Positions 32,727 to 41,335 of a DNA stretch of 58,650 nucleotides are shown here, piece after piece. Within the stretch, counting starts at the first letter, position 1; each line of letters opens with the position of its first letter. The stretch comes from Pseudomonadota bacterium (lineage in GTDB: Bacteria; Bdellovibrionota_G; JALEGL01; DATDPG01). Location of the stretch: the NCBI GenBank assembly GCA_043809315.1, contig JAZDDX010000021.1, positions 1 to 58,650 on the forward strand. Reading direction: 5' to 3'. Under the pieces are notes generated by a model, which was not told where the DNA came from, did no database searches, and saw nothing but the letters and a program-made list of their open reading frames with translations. Made by a program: the position numbers and the translations under genes.

Positions 32727-33217
32727 ACCCTCGGAGACTCGCCTCCCCTCTTTTCGCGCTCTGTTTCTTCCTCGGCTGTTCCGATTCCGGTCCGACCTCT
32801 CCTCCTCCGATTTCCACGGATTGGAAAATCTCCGTAGATGGGAAGGAGGCATCTCTGACGGTCACCGAGATCACGGCGAAAATCCAAGGGGACGCAGGGG
32901 TTGTGCTTCGGGGATCGGGGGTCCTGGGGGGTGAGACGTTTTCTCTTTCGATCGATATCGCCGGCGCGGCTCCGATCGGATCGTTGCCGGCGACGCTTTC
33001 GGTCGGTGGTTCGGCCGTGGGGGTGACGCTCAAGATCGGGGAATCGAAGAACTACCGCGGAACCGGGGGACAGATCGTCTTCACGGCCTACGGCGGGAAC
33101 GAGGGGGACTCGATTGCGGGAACGGCGGACCTCACCCTGGCCGGGCTCGCGATCTCCCCGAAGAGCTTCTCGGCGTTCTCCGGAAGTTTCTCGATTACAG
33201 CGACGATTCCGAGGTGA
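32723..33217 (+). CDS. Hypothetical lipoprotein
   Basis: GTG overlapping the previous stop; lipobox FLGC; beta-rich. Confidence 0.65.
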   Translation: MNPRRLASPLFALCFFLGCSDSGPTSPPPISTDWKISVDGKEASLTVTEITAKIQGDAGVVLRGSGVLGGETFSLSIDIAGAAPIGSLPATLSVGGSAVGVTLKIGESKNYRGTGGQIVFTAYGGNEGDSIAGTADLTLAGLAISPKSFSAFSGSFSITATIPR

Positions 33218-33395
33218 ACCCCAATTTTCGCTCGATCTTCTGGATTTCCTGTTCTTCGGCGAACCGAAGTGTCGAGATCTTAGGGACGCGGGCCAGGATG
33301 CAGCGGAGGATTTCCACCTCCCCGAGACTCAAGCGTTCCGGTCGGGTCAGGCAACGATCGACCCGCTCGGCGACACGTTGTTGAAAAAGGGTCAC
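33195..33395 (-). CDS. Small hypothetical protein (start uncertain)
   Basis: Fills the gap; GTG 33395 gives VTLFQQRVAERVDRCL...; no recognisable motif. Confidence 0.3.
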   Translation of the reverse strand: MTLFQQRVAERVDRCLTRPERLSLGEVEILRCILARVPKISTLRFAEEQEIQKIERKLGFTSESSL

Positions 33396-33461
33396 GTGCG
33401 GCCGGTATATACCACCCGCCCTCAGGGCGATTCTACACAAATGTCGTGACGGTCTCTTTCG

Positions 33462-33782
33462 TTAGAACCGGTTGAATGAATTCCTGGCTGAAAACGTATT
33501 GATCCGCGTCCCGCCGAGCGGTTTGCGCTCGAGGTTCGGTTTTGCGGAAACGGCGCCCACCGGGGAGCGTGCCGCCAGCGTTTGCCCCGCAGGAACCTCG
33601 GCCGATTTCACGGGCTGGCTCATCGCAGGGTTCGCCTTCGCGAGAATTTTGCGCTCCAGATCCCGGATCAGCTTCTGCCGACGCACTCCCTGATAGGGAA
33701 CCGCGTATCGGGCGGCGGTGCGACGCAACTCGAAGAAATCCATACTGTTGAGCATCATTCTCGTGATCTCATTGAACGTCAT
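33462..33782 (-). CDS. Small basic hypothetical protein, possible Rho-N/SAP-like helical nucleic-acid-binding motif
   Basis: GGAGG RBS before ATG 33782; LNSMDFFELRRTAARYAVPYQGVRRQKLI resembles a helix-extended-helix motif. Confidence 0.6.
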   Translation of the reverse strand: MTFNEITRMMLNSMDFFELRRTAARYAVPYQGVRRQKLIRDLERKILAKANPAMSQPVKSAEVPAGQTLAARSPVGAVSAKPNLERKPLGGTRINTFSARNSFNRF

Positions 33783-33808
33783 TTTCTTCAGCTCCTCCGT
33801 ATGAATTA

Positions 33809-34018
33809 GCGCTGCAGGATTCGTACCGAACTCAACAGCGCCCGCGTCGCCACCGACCACAAATTATTCTTTAACTTTGAGGACTTCCGGCCGGGGGTCT
33901 GATTCCAAACCGGAGCCCTTTGCTCAACTGGGAGATCGTTGCCTCATACTGCGGGAACGATTCCCCGGGGCTTTTCCGCCCATGTCCCCCGTTCTTCACA
34001 GCAGGTTCCTTGGGCAGG
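33809..34018 (-). promoter_or_regulatory. Long structured 5' leader (candidate cis-regulatory RNA)
   Basis: Four hairpins visible (33968-33981, 33930-33965, 33881-33918, 33809-33841) between a putative promoter and the RBS. Confidence 0.45.
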
Positions 34019-34023
34019 CCGCG

Positions 34024-34053
34024 ATCATAATACCTCACCACCGAGGGACGCAA
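34024..34053 (-). promoter_or_regulatory. Putative sigma70 promoter
   Basis: TTGCGT-18 nt-TATGAT on the minus strand. Confidence 0.5.
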
Positions 34054-34127
34054 CCCCCTTTTTGATATGGTGAAGATAAAGCTTAGATATGTGGTACTAA
34101 CTGCTTGTTTTACAATTTGAATTTGTT

Positions 34128-35153
34128 CTATTCTTCGTCTTCTTCGTCGGTCGAATCGTTGCAGGCGTCGCCGGCGCCGGGAAAATGCGAAAACCGGCTG
34201 TCACAGGCCTCTTCGGCCGGGACATACCGCAGGTGCTGCAACGCCAAGGCTTTTGGGCGGACGATCCCATAGACGGAACGTCCCGAACCACGACGATCGT
34301 AGCGAGCGTAACCCCGACCCCCGAGAGAGGACCCGAGCCTCGAGCCGGTACGTTCGAGCTGCCAGCCGATCCCATCAACCGTTCGTTCGATTCCACCCAT
34401 GAGCCCGCGGACCAGCGATCGACCGATGTTTACAAATCTGTCCCCCAGTCCGGACAAGGTGAAACCGCCGCATGCGGCTCCGCCGCCCGAACAGCCGCGA
34501 GAGTGCCGGCGAGAGCCGCGGGATTGGCCACTCCCCTCCGGATCGAATTCATAAATGAGACTTTGGAACTTCTGTGTGTTGCCGCACTCGTATTCGTACA
34601 TGGCGTCGTCGAGGCGCGCGATCTGTTCGCTCCCATGAAGGAACTGCCCAGCATCCGGTTGACATAACCCTTCGCAGTAATCCCCGTTCATTTCAGGCAT
34701 GCCCCGAAAATAGGCGCTCCGATACGGGACTCGACCCATGTCGTTACGGAAAACGCGATTGGTCAGGCGGGTTCGGATCCCTTGATTGGCCGTCCAGCGG
34801 TTGATTCGGTTGAACGGACCGAGGGCCCCTCTCATCCCGATCGTGGGGTAAAGGTTTGAGTCCAGATCGACGCCGCGGAGTCCGTCCTGATAGACGTAAT
34901 CGGCGCACTCGTCGGGACAATCTTCCTCCCGATCGCAAAGCTGACGGCACTTCGCGAGGGAAAGGTTCCCCGACTGATGCCACGAGCTGTAGTTGGAGTT
35001 CGTGTTGTAACGGGAGGTGGACTGGAAGGCCGGCGCAATTCCCAGGGCCGAATTCGGGTTTGCTCCCGGGTTAAAGGCCCGCCCTCTTCCGCTCGAACAG
35101 CCGGCGGAGAGTGTAAGCGCCACCAAACCGACGATGGGAATGAGCCGTTTCAT
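34128..35153 (-). CDS. Cys-rich hypothetical lipoprotein with acidic tail
   Basis: Lipobox SAGC; CRQLCDREEDCPDEC, YCEGLC, C-terminal DEEDEE; start overlaps the upstream stop (TAATG). Confidence 0.75.
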   Translation of the reverse strand: MKRLIPIVGLVALTLSAGCSSGRGRAFNPGANPNSALGIAPAFQSTSRYNTNSNYSSWHQSGNLSLAKCRQLCDREEDCPDECADYVYQDGLRGVDLDSNLYPTIGMRGALGPFNRINRWTANQGIRTRLTNRVFRNDMGRVPYRSAYFRGMPEMNGDYCEGLCQPDAGQFLHGSEQIARLDDAMYEYECGNTQKFQSLIYEFDPEGSGQSRGSRRHSRGCSGGGAACGGFTLSGLGDRFVNIGRSLVRGLMGGIERTVDGIGWQLERTGSRLGSSLGGRGYARYDRRGSGRSVYGIVRPKALALQHLRYVPAEEACDSRFSHFPGAGDACNDSTDEEDEE

Positions 35154-35644
35154 TAGAAACCCGCCCTTACCTTTCCGCTGAACGAACCTTCGAGGAGGCC
35201 GTTGCCGGTTTGCATCTCATACGAACCGGACACGGTGTCCCCTGCATAGTTGCTGATTCGATCGAAGATCACCACGCCGTCAAACATCGCCAAGGGGAGT
35301 CCCTGAAACGATCCCTGGGCATAAACAAAGCCGCCACCAAGGGGGATCGGCTTCCCAAGGAAGCCGCGATAGGCACCCACGACGTCGTTTACGACGATCA
35401 CGAGGTAATCGCTGAAGATGTTCTGGGACCGGAACATGATCTTGACCGTAAGAGGAGAACTCATAGCCCCGTCGAATCCAGAAATCGCTGGACCGATCGG
35501 ACCCCCCGCATCGATTTCGACGGATTGAACCGCGAGTTCAAACTGTTGCCCGTTGATGACGGCCCTGGCTGAGTTATGGGAACTTCCGCAGGCGCCGAGT
35601 AGGGCGAATAGCGGGAGGATTATGAGGGTCAGGCACTTTTTCAT
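35153..35644 (-). CDS. Hypothetical lipoprotein
   Basis: Start revised to ATG 35644 (AGGGAG RBS); MKKCLTLIILPLFALLGAC lipobox. Confidence 0.75.
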   Translation of the reverse strand: MKKCLTLIILPLFALLGACGSSHNSARAVINGQQFELAVQSVEIDAGGPIGPAISGFDGAMSSPLTVKIMFRSQNIFSDYLVIVVNDVVGAYRGFLGKPIPLGGGFVYAQGSFQGLPLAMFDGVVIFDRISNYAGDTVSGSYEMQTGNGLLEGSFSGKVRAGF

Positions 35645-35675
35645 GGGATAACTCCCTTTCTTCTCTCTCCATACG

Positions 35676-35691
35676 AGCAAGACATGTGCCA
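35676..35691 (-). promoter_or_regulatory. sigma54 (-24/-12) promoter
   Basis: TGGCAC-ATGTC-TTGCT, exact consensus, 31 nt upstream of the ATG at 35644. Confidence 0.8.
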
Positions 35692-35815
35692 TGCCGCGTT
35701 GGATATAAGTATCTAAATACAGTGTATTCTTCCGTTAGCAACGACCGTGGATCAACCTAATTCTGCGACGTTGTTGCCACGTATTAGCGGCATCGTTGCC
35801 CGTACGCGGCATGGT

Positions 35816-36280
35816 TTAGCCCACCGCGTCATCTATGTCAAGGGAGTCCCCGCACTCTAAGGAGATCAGAGCAGATTCAATGTTGGGGGAGCCTGGGTCA
35901 TATTGGGAGGTGAAGAGTGCTCGTGGTGACCCTACCGTTTGGTAGATGATTCGAAGGGAACCGAGGAGTTGGTGGATCGTTGCCCCGCCCACCCAACGGT
36001 GGCGCCACCTCTTGAGAAGATTCGGAATCGTATCGGGCCAACTCCGGATTGCGGTTGCCGGGTGCGGGCCGAGAAGAGGAAGAAGGGAATCGAGGGAACG
36101 GAAGATCGCTTTCACGTTTCCGAAGGCGATCAGGGCGGAAAGGAAGGCGACCACCTCCTGGTCTTCCGGGACGGTGTAGCGATGCGGATATCGAAGCGGA
36201 TCGCTCTCGAGGTATTCCGGTCCGAAGAGGGCGGCTATCGACTCAAGTCGTGAAGGTACTGCTCCCCGTACTTCCGCCAT
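35816..36280 (-). pseudogene. 3'-truncated TIGR02757/DUF2400-family gene
   Basis: SDPL.YPHRY..PEDQEVVAFLSALIAFGNVKAI and RHRW match the family N-terminus; the C-terminal KR...FLRWMVR/PLDTH region is absent and the ORF ends at ~154 aa. Confidence 0.7.
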
Positions 36281-36903
36281 GCTTCCTCGGCTTGCTTTTT
36301 CTCTTCCCCGCTCGGCTCCTCCATGCGGTAGGTCGAGTGATTCTCCTGCCACCAGCGTTGGATCTCTTCGATCGATTTCGCTCGTTCATCCTTCGGGGCG
36401 TTATAGCGGTAAAAGAACGGCTGTTTGATCAGGTTCGCAATCCCCTTGTAGGCGATTCCCCGGACGTTGTCGTTCTCGTCGTCCAGATAAAGGATGAACA
36501 CAGGAATGGTTCGGGCGTCGCGGAGTTCCCCGAGCGTGTGGAGCGCGAACTCGCGGACGGGAGCATCCCGTGCTGTCGTAAGGAGAGCGGGTACCGCCTC
36601 CCGGGCGCGTACATCGCCGAGAAAGTCGATGGCATCCGGGCGGAATTTCGACTTCGGGTCGATTGCGAGAGCGATCGCCCGTTTGATCTTCGCCTCCCGG
36701 TTCGGTTCCTTTCGTAAGATCTGGCGAAACTCCAAGACCCGCTTTCGATAGGAAGCCGGGGTATTTTTGAGATCGATGTCGGGGTTGTACGTGGCTTCTC
36801 GTTTGGGCGCAGGGGCCGTTTGTTTCGGGTGTTTCGGGCGGGCTCCAGAGGGATAGGAAGCGAAGAGTATCCCGCATAGGACGACGGCGTACATACCCCG
36901 CAT
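36235..36903 (-). CDS. Exported HEAT-repeat protein
   Basis: Signal peptide; AIDFLGDVRAREAVPALL and VREFALHTLGELRD..TIP HEAT/PBS repeats; terminal WW motif. Confidence 0.8.
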   Translation of the reverse strand: MRGMYAVVLCGILFASYPSGARPKHPKQTAPAPKREATYNPDIDLKNTPASYRKRVLEFRQILRKEPNREAKIKRAIALAIDPKSKFRPDAIDFLGDVRAREAVPALLTTARDAPVREFALHTLGELRDARTIPVFILYLDDENDNVRGIAYKGIANLIKQPFFYRYNAPKDERAKSIEEIQRWWQENHSTYRMEEPSGEEKKQAEEAWRKYGEQYLHDLSR

Positions 36904-36928
36904 GGCGGCGATCATTATATCGGGAAGT

Positions 36929-37003
36929 TGGTGCCCCCGCGAGGAATTGAACCTCGATTTAGGGATTAGGAATCCCCCGTTCTATCCGTTGAACTACGGG
37001 GGC
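36929..37003 (-). tRNA. tRNA-Arg(CCT)
   Basis: GCCCCCG acceptor stem, anticodon loop TT-CCT-AA, GGTTCAATTCC T-loop, encoded CCA; 75 nt. Confidence 0.95.
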
Positions 37004-37021
37004 CGCCGCAGGCTTCACCGG

Positions 37022-37537
37022 TCAGACGACGACCAGGGAGTGGATCTCGATTCCGTTCAACTTCTGCCGGCCGGCCAGAGCCTTGAGCTCGATCACGAAT
37101 GCGGCGCCCACGATGTCGGCCTCGAATTTCCGGAGAAGCGAGATCGCCGCCGCCGCGGTTCCCCCCGTGGCAAGCAGATCGTCCACGAGAAGCACACGCT
37201 GCCCCTTGCCGACCGCGTCGACATGCATTTCGATCGCATCTTTTCCGTACTCGAGGGAGTACTCCTCCCTCGCTTTTTTCCACGGCAGCTTGCCCGGTTT
37301 CCGAATCGGGACGAAGCCGGCGCCAAGATCGCTTGCCAACGCCGCCCCGAAGATAAAGCCGCGGGATTCAATCGAGCAGACCAGTTCGATTTTTTTCCGC
37401 TCGAAAGGCTCGGCCATCGCTTCCAGGACTTCGGAGAAAGTCACGGGATCCTTGAGAAGCGTCGTCACGTCGTAGAAGAGGATCCCGGGCTTCGGGAAGT
37501 CCGGAACCGTGCGGATTTTCTTCAAGAGTTCGTTCAT
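37022..37537 (-). CDS. apt: Adenine phosphoribosyltransferase
   Basis: PDFPKPGILFYDVT, IESRGF, RKPGKLP, YSLEYG, VLLVDDLLATGGT; GGAGGA RBS before ATG 37537. Confidence 0.98.
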   Translation of the reverse strand: MNELLKKIRTVPDFPKPGILFYDVTTLLKDPVTFSEVLEAMAEPFERKKIELVCSIESRGFIFGAALASDLGAGFVPIRKPGKLPWKKAREEYSLEYGKDAIEMHVDAVGKGQRVLLVDDLLATGGTAAAAISLLRKFEADIVGAAFVIELKALAGRQKLNGIEIHSLVVV

Positions 37538-37590
37538 GAGTGTTCCTCCCTTACGGGCCACCCCCCCCAAAGTCAACTACAAAGGGGGTT

Positions 37591-40500
37591 TCAGGCGGCG
37601 GAAACAGCGGCCGGAGCCTCGATGCCGGGCCGGTCCGCCGCGACGTCCGCGACCTGACTCACGCGAACGGAGACCATCCGGGAGACCCCGGGTTCTTCCA
37701 TCGTGACGCCGAACAGATTCACGGCGGTCTCCATCGTCGTCTTGTTGTGCGTGATCAGGATGAATTGGATCTGTTTCGACATCTCCGCCACCATCTTGTT
37801 GAAGCGCCGGACGTTCAAGTCGTCCAGTGGTGCGTCGACCTCGTCGAGGACGCAGAAGGGCGGGGCCTTGTGTTCGAAAATCGCAAAGAGAAGTGCGATC
37901 GCCGTGAGCGCTTTCTCACCGCCGGAAAGGAGGTTCATGTTCTGGAGCTTTTTCCCCGGAGGTTGCGCCACGATGTCGACCCCGGTCTCGAGGATGTTCT
38001 CCGGATCGAGCAGCACGAGCTTCGCCCGCCCTCCCCCGAACAAACGCGGGAAGAGTCGCTCGAATTTCTCGTTCACCGCCTCGAACGTCGCGACGAACCG
38101 TTCCCGTGTAGTGGCGTTGATCTTCCGGATCGCCGTTCCGAGAGCCTCAAGTGACTTCTCGAGATCCTCCTTCTGCGCCGCCAGGAAGTCGTGCCGTTCC
38201 TTAAGCTGGGCCACCTCCTCGATCGCCGCCAAGTTCACGTCGCCGATCTTGGACATCCGGTCCCGAAGCTCGGCGAGGTCGGTCCGGGCTTTTGGAACTT
38301 CCTCCTCGTGGATCGGAGCAAAGCCAGGCTGGGTCACCCATTCCGGAAGGCGGATGCCGTGGCGTTCCATCAACTGCGTAACGAGATGCTCGGCCCGTAA
38401 GATCTCCTCTCGGACCCTGAGGTGAATGCCGTTCAGGCGTTCGGTCAGCTTCTCCCGTTGCTCCCGGGCCGTCTTGAGTTCCGCTTCGAACGAATGGATC
38501 TGGGTGGCGCGTTCGTCGTGCTCGGTCCGCGCTGCCTGGTAAATCTCCTGCTGGGCCTGATGCCGGACGATCGCATCTTTCCGTTCCATATCCAGCGTCG
38601 CCGCTTCGACGGTCTTTCTCTCGGCCTCGGCTTCATGTCGCGAGATGCTCTCGGACAACCGTGTTTGCTCCGCAGCCGCATCGGCGTCCTGCTGTAAGAA
38701 AGATCGGTGCTGCCCGTCGAACGAAGCCTGCCGTTCGGCGAGAGAGGCCTCCCGAACCCGAAAGTCGGTCAGAAGCTCCGCCTGTTGCGCGAGATCGGTA
38801 CGGGCCGCAGCCAACCGACCTGCCCGTTCCTCGAGGAGCGTTTCCAGTCCCCGTTTTTCCGCCTCGAGCGAGGAGCTCGACGCGGCCGCCGTTTCCGTCC
38901 GGTGCTGGAGCGCGACCTTCTCCGCCAGCAATCTTTCGAGTTCGGTCTCCGCCGTCGTGACGTTTTGACGCTCGTTTCGGAGCGTCTCTTCCAAGCGATG
39001 GGTGTCCTTTTCCTTTGTGAACGACTCCTGATCCTGTCGTTCGAGATCCAGACCGATCTTCGCGAGTTCGTGTTCGCAGGCATCGATCTGGACCAGAAGG
39101 TGGGCGGTCCTTCCTTCCAACTCCGTTTTCAGAGCTTCGTTCTTCCGAGCCGAGTCGGTCAGATCCGCGATCTCCTGTTTGACTTCGAGGATCCCGCGTT
39201 CTTCGCTTCCGTCCCCGCCGACGACGATCCCTTCCGCGGTGACGAGATCCCCGGCGGGGGTCACCATCCGTTGAGTCAACCCCTCGCTTCGCAGAAGAAG
39301 TGCGGTCGGCAGGCTTTCGACCACGAGAACATCGTGCAAGAGAGTCAACACCCCTTCGCGGCATTCCCCCTCCGCTTCGAGGTAATCGGTCAGCCATCCG
39401 ACCACCCCGGAACGGCCCGCCATCCCTTCCGCGCGCGGTTTGGTCCCGGCGATCGATTTCGGAAGGAAGGCCCCGCGTCCCCGTTTCTCCCCTTTGAGAA
39501 AGTCGATGGCGCGGAGGGCGTCGTCGGTCGAATCAACGACGATGCATTCGATCAACTCGGAAAGGGCGGCCTGCACGGCCCGCTCGAATCCTCGGTTCGG
39601 ACGGATCAATTCCCCCAAAAGCCCGAGAATCTTCCCGATCGGCGGTTCGGAAGTGACGCGCCTCTCCATGACCGCGCGAACCCCTTGGCGGTATCCCTGA
39701 TAGGTTCGCGTGAACTCCTCGAGAGCTTGAAGGCGGCCCCGCTGTCCTTCGAGTTCGCGGAGAACGGTCCCGAGCTTCTCAGCCGTCGTCTCCCGTTCCT
39801 CCACCATGGAAGAGAGCTGGCTCCGGATGCTTTCGCGGCTCTGCCGGAATCCGAAGCGGAGCTGTTCGGAAGCGCCGAGCGACGCTTTACCGTGTTCGTA
39901 GGTCCGCTCCAGTTCGGAGAGACGGTCTCGCATCTTGTGGATCTCTCCCCGTCGTGTCTCGATCGTTTGATCGATCTCCCGGATCCGTTGCTGACAGTTG
40001 GCGAGCTGGTTCCGAAGCTCCCCTTCCTTTGCGACGATCTCGAGAAGTCTCCCCTTTTTCGTTTCCAGTTCGGCGGCGGCACTCGCTTCTCCTTGACGGC
40101 ACTCATCATGACGGAGCGACGTCTCCGCAAGGGTCCCCGCAAGCATCGCGCGTTCGGTCTCAAGAACGGTCAGTTGAGAAATGATTCGGTCGATCTCGGA
40201 TGCAAAACTCCCTCTCCGTTCCGTCAGCGTGACGATTCGCTCCCGTTCCGACTCCGCCGAAGCCCGGAGTTGCTGGGTCTCCCGGTGCAGAGATTCGATC
40301 TTCGATTCGAGAGAGGTGACCGCGGTCGCGCAGGAAAAGAGAAGATTCTGGGCCTCCTCGAGCCCCTCCTCCGACTCCAGAAGTTCGAGGCGGACTTTCT
40401 CGTGGCGAGCTTCTCTCGCGATGAACTCGGTGTCCTCCGCCGACCATTGCTCGGTCAGGGTTCCTTCATCCGTTGCGAGCGATTTCTGACGGTGATCGAT

Positions 40501-41217
40501 CTCGAGATACTCGCGGGCCGAGAGGGCGATATCGAGAACCCGAGCTTCGTCACGCGCCTTCCGGAACTTCTCAGCCTGCCGCGCTTGCCTCTCGAGCGAA
40601 CCGATCTGGCGCTTCAGTTCCACGAGAACGTCGCTGACCCGGAGAAGGTTCTGCCGGGTGTACTCCATCTTCCGTTGGGCGGCTTTCTTCCGATGCTTGT
40701 ACTTGGTGATCCCAGCGGCCTCCTCGATCACGAGCCGGCGATCCTCCGGACGCCCGGACACAATGGCTCCGACCTTCCCCTGTTCGATGATCGAGTACGA
40801 ACTCTGGCCGATCCCAGTGTCGAGGAAGAGATCGATGATGTCCCGGAGACGGCAAGGGATTTTATTGATGTAGAACTCGCTCGTTCCGTCGCGGAAGATC
40901 CGACGCAGGACGGCAACGTCGGAATACTGGCTGTACTGGGGGGGGCCGCTTCCGTCCTGGTTGTCGAGGGTCAGCGTGACTTCCATCATCCCGATCGGCG
41001 GCCGGGATTCGCTCCCGGCAAAGATCAGATCTTCCATCGAACGGCCGCGAAGTTCCTTGAACGAGAGTTCTCCGGTTACCCATTTGACGGCGTCGACAAC
41101 GTTACTTTTCCCGCACCCGTTCGGTCCGACGATCGCGGTGACGGGGACGTCAAAGTGGAACGTCGTCTTTTCCAGGAACGATTTAAAACCAACTACTTCC
41201 AGCTTTTTGATCTTCAC
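37591..41217 (-). CDS. smc: Chromosome segregation protein SMC
   Basis: GFKSF, GPNGCGKSN, long coiled coils, hinge GRGAFLP, LSGGEK, LDEVDAPLD. Confidence 0.99.
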   Translation of the reverse strand: MKIKKLEVVGFKSFLEKTTFHFDVPVTAIVGPNGCGKSNVVDAVKWVTGELSFKELRGRSMEDLIFAGSESRPPIGMMEVTLTLDNQDGSGPPQYSQYSDVAVLRRIFRDGTSEFYINKIPCRLRDIIDLFLDTGIGQSSYSIIEQGKVGAIVSGRPEDRRLVIEEAAGITKYKHRKKAAQRKMEYTRQNLLRVSDVLVELKRQIGSLERQARQAEKFRKARDEARVLDIALSAREYLEIDHRQKSLATDEGTLTEQWSAEDTEFIAREARHEKVRLELLESEEGLEEAQNLLFSCATAVTSLESKIESLHRETQQLRASAESERERIVTLTERRGSFASEIDRIISQLTVLETERAMLAGTLAETSLRHDECRQGEASAAAELETKKGRLLEIVAKEGELRNQLANCQQRIREIDQTIETRRGEIHKMRDRLSELERTYEHGKASLGASEQLRFGFRQSRESIRSQLSSMVEERETTAEKLGTVLRELEGQRGRLQALEEFTRTYQGYRQGVRAVMERRVTSEPPIGKILGLLGELIRPNRGFERAVQAALSELIECIVVDSTDDALRAIDFLKGEKRGRGAFLPKSIAGTKPRAEGMAGRSGVVGWLTDYLEAEGECREGVLTLLHDVLVVESLPTALLLRSEGLTQRMVTPAGDLVTAEGIVVGGDGSEERGILEVKQEIADLTDSARKNEALKTELEGRTAHLLVQIDACEHELAKIGLDLERQDQESFTKEKDTHRLEETLRNERQNVTTAETELERLLAEKVALQHRTETAAASSSSLEAEKRGLETLLEERAGRLAAARTDLAQQAELLTDFRVREASLAERQASFDGQHRSFLQQDADAAAEQTRLSESISRHEAEAERKTVEAATLDMERKDAIVRHQAQQEIYQAARTEHDERATQIHSFEAELKTAREQREKLTERLNGIHLRVREEILRAEHLVTQLMERHGIRLPEWVTQPGFAPIHEEEVPKARTDLAELRDRMSKIGDVNLAAIEEVAQLKERHDFLAAQKEDLEKSLEALGTAIRKINATTRERFVATFEAVNEKFERLFPRLFGGGRAKLVLLDPENILETGVDIVAQPPGKKLQNMNLLSGGEKALTAIALLFAIFEHKAPPFCVLDEVDAPLDDLNVRRFNKMVAEMSKQIQFILITHNKTTMETAVNLFGVTMEEPGVSRMVSVRVSQVADVAADRPGIEAPAAVSAA

Positions 41218-41335
41218 GGCCTACCCTACCAATGCACGGATATCAGAGTCGATGCTCGGGCGAAAGTACTAAAATGTATTGTAATGGCACTACATTGCCG
41301 GAACCGCAGTCATTTTTTCATTTAGATTCAACGAC

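Noticed and set aside
33960-33995. GGGCGGAAAAGCCCCGGGG resembling the 3' part of ykkC-type riboswitches
   Set aside because: The conserved 5' CUAGGGUUCCG element is missing, so no family call was made.
33195-36928. Possible island integrated at tRNA-Arg(CCT)
   Set aside because: No duplicate of the tRNA-Arg 3' end and no integrase found by eye; only the truncated TIGR02757 gene hints at rearrangement.
41285-41298. TGGCAC-TACA-TTGC sigma54-like site near the smc start
   Set aside because: Spacing is GG-N9-GC (one short of the strict requirement) and it points away from smc.
38707-41325. 872-aa plus-strand ORF, and similar long ORFs at 272-2164, 10003-11850, 15977-17359, 18539-20080 and 22050-23531
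   Set aside because: Antisense or off-frame shadows of clearly identified genes, expected in GC-rich DNA; no motifs.
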